A stretch of 64,000 nucleotides of DNA from Caecitellus pseudoparvulus (taxonomy: Eukaryota; Protista; Bigyra: Bicosoecida), in assembly GCA_965644315.1 (NCBI GenBank), contig CBFFRQ010000096.1, forward strand, positions 124,001-188,000, written 5' to 3'. This document shows, in pieces, positions 10,256 through 21,927 of the stretch. Positions within the stretch are counted from its first letter, which is position 1; every line of letters starts with the position of its first letter. Below the pieces are notes generated by a model. It did not search any database, had not been told where the DNA came from, and saw only the letters and a list, made by a program, of their open reading frames with translations. The position numbers and the translations under genes are program-made.

Positions 10256-12803
10256 AGACACGTTTGATCACACCGTCACCCCAGTCTCCACCCGCCACGG
10301 CGCTGCGGGCGCCCCCTGGAGCCGCCAAGTCAGTTGGGTGCGCAGCTGTGGGGCTGGCTGGACCAGGCAGCACCTCAGCGTCTCCATCTCCTGTCGCCGA
10401 CGCCGCTTCTAGGGCGTCCACTGCTGCCGCGGCATCCAACACACGCTGTGTCGCAGCTGACCGAGGAGCCTCCGTGGAGCTGGCTGGGGCAAGGCGCAGT
10501 GAGGAGTCGCTGGCACCTTCGCCAGGCTGGGCGGCGGATGCGCGAGCAGTGGACAGTCTATCCGCGGCTGTGGGTGGGGGCGGAGTCAGCAGGGAGCTGA
10601 CTGGAATGGATCGCTGCCCCCGGGCTGTGTGCACGCTCACACTTTGACCCTGCTGTGATGGTTCTGGCGCCTGCGCAGTGCTGCGCAGCGGAGGGCAGGC
10701 GTGCTTCCCTTGGGCTGCTGCCAGCAGGGCAGCCTTGAGCTCCCCCAACGCAGCATACATGGCGTCCGCGGGTGTGTCGAGGGCTGCCACCGTGCCCTGA
10801 ACCTCCCGCAGCTCTTTCGCGAAGAATAAACCCCGGTCGTACGAGAAGTGTGTCTCCGCTGCAGCCCCCTGCTGCAGCAGACGCGCGACGTCCCCTGCTC
10901 GAGCTGCCTCTTCCTCGGTGGGGAAGGGTCCCAGCCAGCGGGAGACACCCACCCGGTCCACAGCGACAAACCAGGTGGGTTGCCCGGTGATGGAGTTCGG
11001 CCTGCCACGCCGGACACCGGGATAGGTGGACGAGGCGCCACCACTGTCGGCAGAGGCAGGCGTGTTGGCAGCTGGGCCAGGTCCTGCCCGGGGGGTGTAG
11101 TCAGCAGGATACACGCTGTAGGGGGGCGGCGGCGCGTGCTTGTACGTGGGGCCGACTCGTGCAGCCGCGAACGGGTCAAAGGGGGCACGGCCTGGGATCG
11201 CATGCGGGTGATACCCGGACACATGCACGAACACGGGTGCCTGCCGGGCGACAGGGTCCACCGTCGCAGGTGCGGGGGGGCCTGCCACCACTGATGTGCC
11301 CTTGATGGGTTGAGCGTGCGTTGCCGAAAGAGGAGCGGGCCCTCCATTCGTCAAGTTCAGTCGCACGACGAGGCCATCAGAGGAGCGAGGGCGTTTAACC
11401 CCACGCCGCTCTGCCTTCACCGCCTCCCCGCCAGTGGCTTGCTGTCCACTGTTGGGGCGCACAAACCACGCGTCAGGGGTCCAGCCACGGGTTGCCGGGC
11501 CAGCGGAGTCTCGCCCATCCACCGTGCCCAGGGCAGATGTGACGAGATGCCCCAGCTTCAGAGGTTGCTGCCCCACGCCCCACCCTCGAGGTGGCAGGTG
11601 GAAAGCCAGTGCCAGAGGCCCATCTCCCTCACCACCCTCCTCCCCTGCTTCTGCCCCACCCTCGCCTTGCGTCGGCAGCGCTGCAGCTGGCACACCTTGG
11701 GGATTGCCTTGCAAGGTGTCAGCCACAAAGCGACGAGCCGCAGACTCGCCTGCCTTGGGGAAGTTCAGCTTCGCAGCAGCTCCTTTCAGACTCCTGGCGG
11801 CCTTGTCATACGCAGCGGCTGCCTCCTCGGCTGAGCGGTACACACCTAAGTACACAAACTTGCCGTTGTGGAAGATGCGCGCCTGCCAGCACTTCTCCTG
11901 CCTCGCCATGTATGTGACGCCGCGAAAGCCTGAGCGTGTGCCGCTCTTGCTGCCGCTTGGCGGCGTGCGAGGAACGCGCTCAGGCGTGTGCTGGGCGTGC
12001 CTGGACCTGGCCGAGCCTGGGGTGGCCAAGAGGCGGCGGGGACGGGTGGGGGTCATCAAGCCCGCCGAGGAGGCAGGAATGACAGCAGCAGAAGTGGCCA
12101 TGGTAGGGGAAGCAGGGGGCAGTGCAGGCGGGGCAGAGGCTGGAGTTGGGGGTGGTGAGGGGGGGGCGATGTCTGCCCCAAGCCCGCGCAGGAGCTCCTC
12201 TGCCTCTGCGCGCACAGCCAGGGACACCTGCGACTCAGGCACCTCTGCTGCTGCAGGTGGCAGCAGAGTCAGCACCGACACTGCTCCTCTGGAGCCCAGC
12301 AGGGAGCCTGGCGTGGCAGTGCTGGTGCAGGGGAACTGCTCTTCCCACCCCACCTCGTTGGCGTAGCCTGGCAGATCCAGCATGGTCTTAGGGGGACCAT
12401 ACTCCATCATGGCATCCCGCAGCGTTGCTCCTGGCGGGAAGTTCGTGCGGGCGCCAGCTCCCAGCAACATGCGAGCAGCGGCATCCCACGCCAGGCCAGC
12501 GGCGGCGGCGGTGGTGAAGGCGCCCACCCGGTACTCGACGCCACGCCACCGGACGCAAGCGATCCACCTGTGTGGATTTTCCTCTGATGCCTCTGCTGCA
12601 ACGTCGAAGGTGACGCCTTTCAGAGCGGGTCGGCCGTCTGGGAACGTGGCCGGCGAAGCCTTGACTTTGCTGGGCTGGTCAACATTCGTGACGAGCGGCA
12701 CCGCGCCTTTCAGCAGCTGGGAGGCGCCCTTTGGGAGATCAAAGTGCCCAGGTTTGGACTTCGATAGACTCTCTGCTGCTCGGGTCAGCACCTCAGCAGC
12801 CAT
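10254..12803 (-). CDS. Transcription factor with three AP2/ERF domains
   Basis: LKGVTF..RWIACVRW..AAGLAWDAAARMLLGAGARTNF; SGFRGVTY..WQARI..YLGVYRSAEEAAAAYDKAARSLKGAAAKLNF; STYPGVRR..WLGPFPTEEEAARAGDVARLL..ETHF. Confidence 0.9.
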   Translation of the reverse strand: MAAEVLTRAAESLSKSKPGHFDLPKGASQLLKGAVPLVTNVDQPSKVKASPATFPDGRPALKGVTFDVAAEASEENPHRWIACVRWRGVEYRVGAFTTAAAAGLAWDAAARMLLGAGARTNFPPGATLRDAMMEYGPPKTMLDLPGYANEVGWEEQFPCTSTATPGSLLGSRGAVSVLTLLPPAAAEVPESQVSLAVRAEAEELLRGLGADIAPPSPPPTPASAPPALPPASPTMATSAAVIPASSAGLMTPTRPRRLLATPGSARSRHAQHTPERVPRTPPSGSKSGTRSGFRGVTYMARQEKCWQARIFHNGKFVYLGVYRSAEEAAAAYDKAARSLKGAAAKLNFPKAGESAARRFVADTLQGNPQGVPAAALPTQGEGGAEAGEEGGEGDGPLALAFHLPPRGWGVGQQPLKLGHLVTSALGTVDGRDSAGPATRGWTPDAWFVRPNSGQQATGGEAVKAERRGVKRPRSSDGLVVRLNLTNGGPAPLSATHAQPIKGTSVVAGPPAPATVDPVARQAPVFVHVSGYHPHAIPGRAPFDPFAAARVGPTYKHAPPPPYSVYPADYTPRAGPGPAANTPASADSGGASSTYPGVRRGRPNSITGQPTWFVAVDRVGVSRWLGPFPTEEEAARAGDVARLLQQGAAAETHFSYDRGLFFAKELREVQGTVAALDTPADAMYAALGELKAALLAAAQGKHACPPLRSTAQAPEPSQQGQSVSVHTARGQRSIPVSSLLTPPPPTAADRLSTARASAAQPGEGASDSSLRLAPASSTEAPRSAATQRVLDAAAAVDALEAASATGDGDAEVLPGPASPTAAHPTDLAAPGGARSAVAGGDWGDGVIKRV

Positions 12804-13091
12804 GCTGCATTCAGTGAGGGAGCAATACCGCCTGGGCAGGGGTCCAGCAAGCTCCAATTCCGCAGTGTGCGCAGCGCACGTGCCGATGCCCCACGTGCCA
12901 CACGTGCGTTTCTTCCAGCTGCGCCACCGATTCCAGTTGTAGCTGCAAAGCGTGTGTGTGGTGAACTTCAGCAGCCAGCCTCCGCACGATGGCACGCAAG
13001 CCGCCACACATGAGGTCTTGCGAGGGAATGTGACAGCCTCCAACTTGTGCCGACGATCGCCGTGGACGAGGGCTGCATTCAACAAGGCGCT

Positions 13092-15695
13092 TCACAAGTC
13101 ATCATCGTAGCCAGGAGCAGGTGGGGCGCCTGCTGCTGCTCCGAGGCGCCCTGGTGCCAACGGCACTGCCCCACTGGGGGACACAGCAGCGGCTGTGGCC
13201 GCCGCCACCATGCTGCCCTCTGCCCGGCGCTTGGACCCGCGGCTGGAGCCGGGGGGCGTGCCTCCCGCATGGGTCTGGCTGAAGTGTGCCGGCGCCTTAG
13301 CAAGGGCATCTTGGAGCTTGCCGGCTGCCAGCATGCCTGCGGGGTCGGGCACTGCCGAGAGTGTCAAGCCACCCTGAAGCGTCGACTGGCTTTGTCCGGA
13401 GGGCAGGGCCATGTCGTCCAGCAGCTCTGCCAGCTCAATGCCAGGCCTGTCATCCTCCTCGTCGTCACTGCTGCCGTCTCCAGCTGAGGGGCTGCCCCCT
13501 GCTCCGCCAGCGGCGACAGGGGCTGCGTGAGCTGAAGGCTGGATGTCGGCGCCAAGCACGGCACCTGGGCGAGACGACACGTGCCCCGCCATGGACGAGC
13601 CGTCACCCACCTGCAGGTCCCTGTACAAGTTGATCGTCGCGCGCAGCTTGCGGTCGTCCTCCAGCTCCTGCAGGAACTCCTCCCGCTCCCGTGCCTCCTT
13701 GTCCAAGTCGCCAGGCTTGGTCACCTCTGGGGCAGGCATACCCAGAGACTTGAGCTTCCACTTGCGGACCTTCTGGCGGGGTTCGTAGTACTTGCGCACG
13801 AGCACGACATCGGGCAGGCTGTCCTTGTCCCGCAGCGCTTGCTTGGCGCCTGCACCCCGGGGCCCCTTGCCCTTCTTGCCCCGCTGCATGGGGTCCTCTT
13901 CGTGCTCGTCCACGTACACGGCGTGCTTCAAGTCCAGGCCCAAGGCGATGTCACCAGGCTTCAGCACGTGGCCCAAGTGGCTGCGCACGGTGATGTAGTC
14001 GCCCACGTCGGCACTGTCGTCGTCGGGGCCGATGGTGACATCCGCCAACAGGTACCTGCCGCGGGGGCCGCCCGATACTGTCGTGGCCACTGAGCTGCGC
14101 CCGCTGACGAGGCCAGAAGACGCGACGCTGCGGGCCATGGCCAAGCCCATGTTCTTGGAGAACTTCTTGCCGGACGCCAGGGACGCGATGGCTGACGCTG
14201 CGCGGGATGCAACTGTGCCATCGCCCGCCAAACCCCGCGCAGCGCTGCCGGCGACGCTGCTCGTGTCAGCGCCGCCATGGGACGAAAAGATTACATCGTC
14301 GCCTTCAGCAATGGTGGCCATGTGGCGGCCCTTTTTGCGCCGGCTGACGCGCTTGCGGCGCTTGGCAGCAGCCTGGGAAGCAGCGGTTGCGGTGATGGTG
14401 ACGGGTTCGACGTCGTACACGACGTACTTGGTGAGGGCGGGGGCGGACATGATGGCCTTGAAGGGTGCCTTGTTGTAGCGCTCGTAGTTCATCTCTGCGG
14501 TGGTGATGGTGGAAGGGTCCACCATGTACACGAAGTTGGACACACGGTACACCAGCGCCAGAGGCGAGGGCAGGCCAAGCGCCGACTGCGTAACGGGCGG
14601 CAGCAGCACCAGGTCGTCGCGGCACAGCGGCACGATGGTGACGAGGAAGGTGTACTTGTAGTTGTACGTGGCGGTGTGCGTGTCTGAGCTGACGAGCTGC
14701 TTGGAGGTCTTGTACCCGCAGGGCACGACGCTCTGCAGGAAGTCCACGAACTTTGCAGCGTGCGACCGCTCCATGAACTGGAAATCCACACCATCTGGCT
14801 GCTGAGCCATGTTCGTTGCGTGTTCGTGCGCGGAGTGCTTCAGGATGAGCTGCTCTAGGTACAGGAATGTCTTCTTGTGAGGAACTCGCTGCCGCACCTG
14901 CACGATGGCTCGCCAAGTGTGCTCTGTGAACGACCGCGCGCAGTCCTCGCACTGCTGCCCGGCAATGACGAACTCCACTGGAAACGTGTGCCGGAGCTGG
15001 ATGCGATTCATCACCTGCAGGGGAGCGCAGGGCAGGCGGCGTGGCGGCCAGGTAAGGTGCGGAACGAAGCGAAACGCCAGCCCACGCTGCCAGTCGCACA
15101 ACACGGCTGGCCAGGGACGCGCAGCGGGATGCAAAGGACGAGCATTAGTTTTCTTGGACAACAAACCCTGTGTGGCAACCCCTGCACGCACCTCCTTCTG
15201 AATGGTGAGCTTTACCTTGATCCGCATGCTGTGGGACTCGGTCCAAATGAAGCCGGCATCCACCAACGTCACATGTCGCAGCGGGATTTTGCTCAGCAGA
15301 ATGGACATCAGCTGCCTGCTCTCCCATTCGGCTTGCATCCATCCAGGCCGCAGCCAGCTGCGTGGAGGCAGCCATTTGCAGCATAAGGAGCGCTGCAGTT
15401 TGTAGAGGTGTTCTGTGCCTCACTCACCGCTCGCAGTTCTTGCACCGGTGAATAATCAGCGACTTGGGGATGCCAGCCGTGATGTCTTCGCGCTTCCTCA
15501 AGCATGACAAACACAGGTTCGCGTCGTTAGGGGTGAAGAGCGTGGCACAGTCCGGGCACAGGCTGAGAGGGGCGCAACGCGGCAGAGGTGGGGCGGGCGA
15601 AACGCTACGGAAACGCGGACTTGCGCTACGCACATTTTCTGCATTGTCTTCCCCACTTCCTGGTCCGCCATGGCGGACATGGGAATCATAGCCAT
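13092..15695 (-). CDS. NMD3: 60S ribosomal export adaptor NMD3, 4 exons
   Basis: Introns 15563-15633, 15358-15427, 15015-15191. Zn-finger CPDC..CLSC..CKNC, ESRQLM, DAGFIWTESHSMRIKVKLTIQKE, CEDCARS, QVRQRVPHKKTFLYLEQLILKH and LPDVVLVRKYY. Confidence 0.95.
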
Positions 15696-15812
15696 GATGA
15701 TCCTGTCTGGCGCTGGCTGACTGATATACAACAAGCAAATGCCCTCGAACGTGGGCGACTGGGCAGGTGGGAATTGCCCGCATCCGGCCACAGTGCTCCG
15801 TTCCCACCACAC

Positions 15813-16845
15813 TCACAGCAGGGATTGCCGACGCGCATCCTCGGCCCCCTGCAATGCAGCCACTTGTTTCCTGTGTTGCCAGCATTGGAAGCCTGACAAC
15901 AGCACGGAGGCAACCAGGATCACCCCGTAGAAAATCGCCACCGGCAGGTACCTGAAGCCGTACAGGGTGTCGTACAGGGGCTTGGACAGCTGCTCAGGAG
16001 AGTACTTCCTAGAGGGCTTCGTCTGCGTCACAGGACACACCTCCCCTGGGCAGGCCGCCTTGCAGGAGGCGCAGGTGCAGGAGCTGTTGCCTGGCTTGCC
16101 ATACCCGGGCTGATCAGGGTCCTCAATGGAGGTGTTCTGGAAGCCACAGCAGTACTGCAGCGGAGCCTCCACCGCCTGAGGCATCGCCGCCTCCGTGAAG
16201 TTGAAGTTGATGAAGACGTGCTGGTTTTGCTGCACCACGGGCGCCTGCCCCTGGTAGTTCCACAGCCCCTCACAGTTGAAGGCGCCCTCCACCACCGTGC
16301 TCACCGCGGAGCAGCTGTCGTACACGGCACAGGCCCAGTTCTTGTTCATGTTCAACGTGTACTCCAGCACCTTGTTGCCGTCCACAGTCGTCACATTCGC
16401 GTGGCTGACCAGCTCTGCCTGCCGCGGGCTGCAGGTCTGCAGACACCAAGCAGTGCGCAGATTGGCGAAGCACGCCGGGCAGCCTCCGTAGGCCTGCTTG
16501 CCAAACTTGAAGTTCAGCGTCTTCAGATTCACATACAGCGCTGCAAGCTGATACCAACTGCAGCAGGCGTCATCCCCCATCTCGAACATCGGGCAGGGGT
16601 TGTACTGCATGATTGGGAAATCCGTGTAGTTCGGGTACTGTGCAGGGAGGTGGAGGGTGCCAGGTGCAGTGCACTTGCTGCTCCAGCGCGAAAACACGCC
16701 CACACACCTTGCCAGGAGGCTGGGACACGTTGTACGGCAGCGGCATGTCCATGCCCATCTCCTGGTAGTACCTGCACATGCCGTGTGCAGTGCCCACCAA
16801 GCCTGCCGCTGCAAGGAGCAGCAAGCTGCTGCCCTTGACACGCAT
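15813..16845 (-). CDS. Stand-alone NPC1 N-terminal-domain-like (folate receptor fold) type I membrane glycoprotein, 2 exons
   Basis: Signal peptide MRVKGSSLLLLAAAGLVGTAHG; intron 16638-16707. Cys pattern CC..Q...CPACFANL...WCLQTCSPRQ...VYDSC..V...CTCASC...C, several NxS/T sites, one TM (VAIFYGVILVASVLL) and a tail ending in LL. Confidence 0.8.
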
Positions 16846-17332
16846 GTCTGGCTCCTGCTCCCTGCCCGAGGGCCAACACAGCGCGCCAAAACGGTGCCGG
16901 AAGCAGAGACTCCCTGGGTTGAAATGAGTGTGACTGGACCATGAGGTGACGCGAGCCTCTTGGAGGGTTCGAGTTTGGCGGCGCCACGCGAGTGGAAAGC
17001 GTGTGTGTGTGCAGCGGGAGAGTGCGCATGAAAGCCTGAGCACTGCTCACACTGCCAGGCGAGCGACACTAAACAGACGCCTGGCATCCAGGCAAGCGAA
17101 CAGGGGATCGTGTCGCCTCCCTTTGCTGTTGGCTTGACTCCTTGTGTGCGGTGTCCACAGCATCCTTGCGCACTGTTCGACCTGCCAACGCAGAGCCAGT
17201 TGTGCACCTGCCATCAGCCCACGGCGCACTCACAACCCTCGCCCCCCGGTGAGGCTTGGAAGGCCCGACAGAGTCGCCAGGGGCTGGTTTCTGCTTGCTC
17301 TGTCTGCCACAAAGTCGAACCTTCCTTTCGCC

Positions 17333-20300
17333 ATGGCCCGCTCCGCAACGCCTTGGTGGTGTTGCGTGGCTCTCTTCGTCGCTGCGACACTGCGCAGTGG
17401 CGCAGGTTATTCGTCAGGTGCGAGCATTGCATGGAGCGCTGAGCGTGTTTTGCTTCACAGCGCCTAGTTTGTATGCCGCTACTGTTTCTTTTCGCGACAC
17501 TGTGGCCTCAGCGGCTCTTGGGACAACGAGTCAGTCAGCACTGTGCACATGTAACCCGTCTTGCTCGCAGGGTACAAGAGTGGCTGCACGGACACTCCAG
17601 GACACGGGGACTTGCTCACGACGAGCACCGTGTCCAATGATGATTTCATGGTAGAGGTTCTTGATGCAAACTTCTCAGCTCCTGTCGCAGTGCTCGTGGC
17701 TGGGCAAACGTATGGCATCAACGTCTCCAGCATTGACGGTATGACGAACATTCGCGGCTTCCAATTCCACCCGCTGTACGGACAGGACACAGTCACAACA
17801 ACTGCCGATAGGTCGGGCACTGTGCTGCCAGGTCCGTGCTGCGTGGCTGCGTTCGCCGGCTTGCGCCAGGCACAAGACCCCCGATCCGTGCCTTCACAGT
17901 GAACCGCAAGTCAATCGGCATGTCGCTGTCTGCTGCCCAGAACTGCTACACAACGTGCAACGCTGCTGTGTTCGACACGACAGGGGTCTGCCAGCTTGAC
18001 ACCTCCTGCGAGGCGGGGAGCCCCAGCACCGTGTGCGCCACAGCTGCCACTCACAACGGGGTAGTGGGGCAGCCCTCCCTGCAGCTGGCCTGGCAAGCGC
18101 CCGCGTCGTGGCCGGCGGGCGAAACCCACGTCACCTTCCTCATCGCACCCATCGTGCTGCAGCTGGAGGTGTACATTCTTCGCGAGTGGACGACGCTGCC
18201 CATTGCAGTGGTGCCCACCCCCTCCCCGTCACCCTCGCCTAGCCCAGCCTCGACCCCAGCCGGCACACCCGCTGGTTCACCTGCAGCCAGCCCGGCCTCG
18301 ACCCCGGCCGGCACACCTGCGGCCACGCCTGCAAGTAGCCCAGGTGCAACCCCGGCCAGCACTCCTGAAGGAACGCCAATGGGCACGCCAGCGGCGTCCC
18401 CGGCTGGCAGTCCGGCCAGCACTCCCAGCGGAACGCCCTCTGTGTCTCCGTCTGGCGCTGCTACCCCTTCTCAAGCCTCAACCCCCAGTACCTCTGCTTC
18501 CCCCCCTCCCTTGACGTGTGCCGACACTTCCTGTGGCAGCCGTGCACGGTGTGTGGAACCCTTCGCGGGCACGCCCGTGTCCTGCCTGTGTGCCACAGGA
18601 TGGGCAGGCCCTGCGTGTGACAGGTGTGCGGCGGGCTTTGCACTGAGCGAAGGGCAGTGCCAGGTGCGGGGTCAGCCCAATGTGCGCCGGTCGGCACTGG
18701 TCCGGCTGCGCGTCGGCAACTTCCCGTCGACAGTCCTGACTCGCAGGCTGCAAGGCGCGAGTGTATCGCCAGTGCAGAGGCTGGTGCAGACGCTGCAGGT
18801 GCACGTGGGGAGCCACGGCACTGTGCAGGTGCTCAAGTGGGACGAAAACGGGGCGCAAGAGTGGCTGCAGCTCATCGTCGCCGCGGCGGACATGGGGGAG
18901 CTGGTGGAGGCAGTGGACATTGTCACTGTGCAGGCTAGCGATCACTCGAGTGCTACGCACCAGCTTTTGCGCCAGGAAGGTTTGGCGGTGGACGTGGACT
19001 CTGGCACCTGTTCGTCGTCCTTCTGTCTACGCTCTGGCTCAGCCTCCATTGACACGCTCGTCGTGAGCCAGGCGTTTTCCGGCCTTGCATGGGCTGACCT
19101 TCAGGGCACTCAAGACCTTGCTCCAGGGCTGACGCTTCGTTCTGGGGTGTTCGCGCCCCCTGGACCGCTGTCCGGGTGTGCTCAGTGGCCGCCAGGGGCT
19201 GCGTGGAGCCGGGTAACAAGTGAAGAAGCTGCAAGGCAGGAGGGCACCCTGGCGCTCGTGTTGGAGATGAGACGCGCGACGGCTGAGGCGTGGCTGGGGC
19301 TGGCGTTCCCACCGCCAGGCTCGGAGGCCATGCTGGGCGCCACAGCTATCATCGGGCAGCCTGGACAAGACATGCTCCCCTCCACAGCTGCCGCGTCGGT
19401 TGGCTTGACCACTGGCGCAGCTCACTGCTCAGACACCCTGTCAGCAGTGCTCAGCTCACTTGGTGCTGGGGTGGCCACTCACTCCATGACTGCCAAGACA
19501 AGCCTGGGGGTCCGAGCAGCTTCCACCCAGCTGGGGGTCATTGGAGGTGTCATTGGCACGGCATCCCTGCCCGTCCCGGGCATGCAGGGTGAGGGCACCC
19601 TCTTGCGTGTGGCTCTCCTGGTGAATGGCCCAAGCCAGGGCAGCGGCGGGGACCCAGGCACCAGCCTCCTTCCAGGTGGCAAGCTGTCCCTGCTGTGGGC
19701 AGCAGGACAGGACGGCACGACGTCGCTGGCGGCCCATGGCTCGAGCAATCGGGGCAGCGTGACAGTGCAAGTGTACGAGCCAGTGCCCGAGGCTCCGGCG
19801 TCGGATGCCGCGCTGCTCCGCGTGCACGGAGCCATTCTCGCCGTGTCCTGGTTGATTTTGGCGCCGCTAGCCATGCTCTTCACCCTCCTCCGCACGACTG
19901 GGTGCCTGCATGAGGCTGGCAGCACCTTTGACCTGCAGGGGGGAGGAGCTGCGCCGTGCTGGCTCAAGGCGCACGCCGCCCTGCATTGCTTGGCCGTGCT
20001 GGGCACCATTGTGGGCACGGCCATTGGTTTCGTGGCAACAGCTCGGCATTTCTCCGGCGCACATGCCGGGCTGGGCCTGGCAGCCTGCCTCTTGCACTTG
20101 GCGGCTGTCGCCGTCGCACTCCTCCGCCCCAAGCGTGTGTCCCGTCTCATTGGTGCGCAGCCCACGGGCACGGATGCGGAGGCCTTGCAGGGAGAGTACA
20201 CGGGGCGCAGCCGGGTGATGAGCGTGTTCTCCGCGCCACCCAACACTCCTGGGAAGGGCATCAGCGCCAAGACCACCAAGCGGGAGACTGCCAAGCAGCG

Positions 20301-20859
20301 GGCGGATGAGAGCCACCGCCTGCACGCCGCCCAAGCGGCCCACGATGCGGCTGTGAGGCGCCGCTCCGTTTGGGAGATTGGCCACCGCCTGTTGGCAGTG
20401 ACGCTGGTGTGTCTCTTCACAGCGGCTGGGCTGACTGGCTTGCTTGCGTCGCCGGACCAGGAGCAGCTGCGGGTAGCTGGCATGGTGGCCTGGTGCGTCG
20501 CAGTGGGGGCGCTGCTGGTCGCTGCTGCGTACAGGTTCTGGGCTGTGGACGCCTACGGTGCCGAGGGCACCATGGTTGTGGGGGTAAAAGGGGGGGTGGA
20601 AGGCTCAGGGGCCTCCACGACACGCTTGCATTCCCGCGCATCCATCCTGGGGAACCTGGGAGGCACGGGGCGTGCACAGCGGACCCAGGGCACAAGCAAC
20701 CCCATGCATGCCGCCCAGGGATCCGCCCGCGCTGTCTCTCCCCGAGCTTCGCTGGGAACTTCCCAGCGCAAGTCCTTGGCTGCGTTCGCGCCCCGTCGAG
20801 GCAGTTTCCTGGTGGGGGAGACCGTGCAACACTCGCGGCGCCAAAGCCACGCCCGCTGA
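17333..20859 (+). CDS. Reeler + EGF + DOMON + cytochrome b561 ferric-chelate reductase-like protein (FRRS1-like), 3 exons
   Basis: Signal peptide; introns 17418-17570 and 17832-17899. Reeler motifs PGHG, IRGF, ATH..LAWQAP; EGF CLCATGWAGPACDRC; DOMON WLGLAF..AMLGA..LLWAAG..AAHG; b561 histidines in VHGAIL, WLKAH, HAGLGL and WEIGHRLL. Confidence 0.85.
18214..18510 (+). repeat. Degenerate [ST]PA[GAS] tetrapeptide repeats (mucin-like stalk)
   Basis: PSPSPSPASTPAGTPAGSPAASPASTPAGTPAATPASSPG... in the translated ORF. Confidence 0.75.
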
Positions 20860-20945
20860 GGGCTGAGTCGTATGCTGGCCGCCCCCTCCTGTGTTTCCCT
20901 TCGACGTGGCACCTTGCGTGCGCTGCGTCTCTATCTTCTGGTGTC

Positions 20946-21479
20946 TCACTGGCCGTCCATGAGCTTGGCCAGGTCACTCTGCGTCATGCGGTGTGAGGGC
21001 AGGGAGCCTTCGGCCCTGTCTCGCGCCACCTCTTGCACCATGGCGTCTGCCTGCGCAGCAGACAAGCTCAGGCCCATATCTGCTGCAGATGCCAGCAATT
21101 CATCGCTTCCTATCATGCCGTCTGCGCCGCACATGTGCTCGAAGCATGCTTGCAGCTCAGTGGTTGACGAGGCATCGCGCAGTTCAGAGGCCATCAAGCC
21201 GAGGAACTCTCCGAAGTCCAGCGTCCCACTGCCGTCCTTGTCCTTCAGTGCCAGCATGTCCATGATCTCAGCGTCCGAGTACTCCATGCCCAGCGCACGG
21301 AAGATGACTGCAAGCTCCTGCTTGTCAATCTGCGGCGACAGGTCGCAAGTGCCGTTTCAGCCTGAAACGCTAAATAGACTGGCCGGCTTCCAGTCGCTCA
21401 CCACGCCGTTCCCGCTCGTGTCGAATGCCTGAAACACCTCCAACAGCCCGTCCACCTGTTCCTTCGTCAGGTAGTCCAT
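20946..21479 (-). CDS. Calmodulin/centrin-like EF-hand protein, 2 exons
   Basis: Intron 21330-21401. MDYLTKEQVDGLLEVFQAFDTSGNGVIDKQEL and DKDGSGTLDFGEF are canonical EF1 and EF2; the C-lobe loops are degenerate. Confidence 0.85.
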
Positions 21480-21927
21480 GCCCACCTTCCCTGCCTTGCA
21501 CAGCACCAGAAAGAGCACCGAAATGGCGCAGCACACAGGCCTTGCAAGCCTTCGGTGACGGGGAGAACCTGTTTGCTCACACTGTTGAACTTGAATACGT
21601 ATGTCAGCGACATTTGGTGTGCGATGGACGAGGTGATTGATTTGATGACCGGTTTTCCTTTTTGACACTCCGGCGCTAAAGACGTGGCAAGCTTGATGTG
21701 TTAGACGAGCAAACAAGGCTATATTTTCATGTGTGGGCGGTAGCACGTGAGAGTAATTGTTCACTACGCCGATACACCAAATCAGACTAGTACCTAGCCT
21801 TGCGCTCAAGCTGCCCTTTTATGTCAGGGTGCCAGCATTTGTTGCTTGGCGCTTGTGGTTGTCCGGGAGGCGCAGAGGTTTCCCGTCAACTTCCGCAGCA
21901 CAACTTGTGACAGCCACGTGCCCGACA

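Noticed and set aside
15015-15191. Long in-frame NMD3 intron as a snoRNA host or retained exon
   Set aside because: No C/D boxes or convincing H/ACA ends. The translation interrupts conserved IQKE-V, so it is an ordinary intron.
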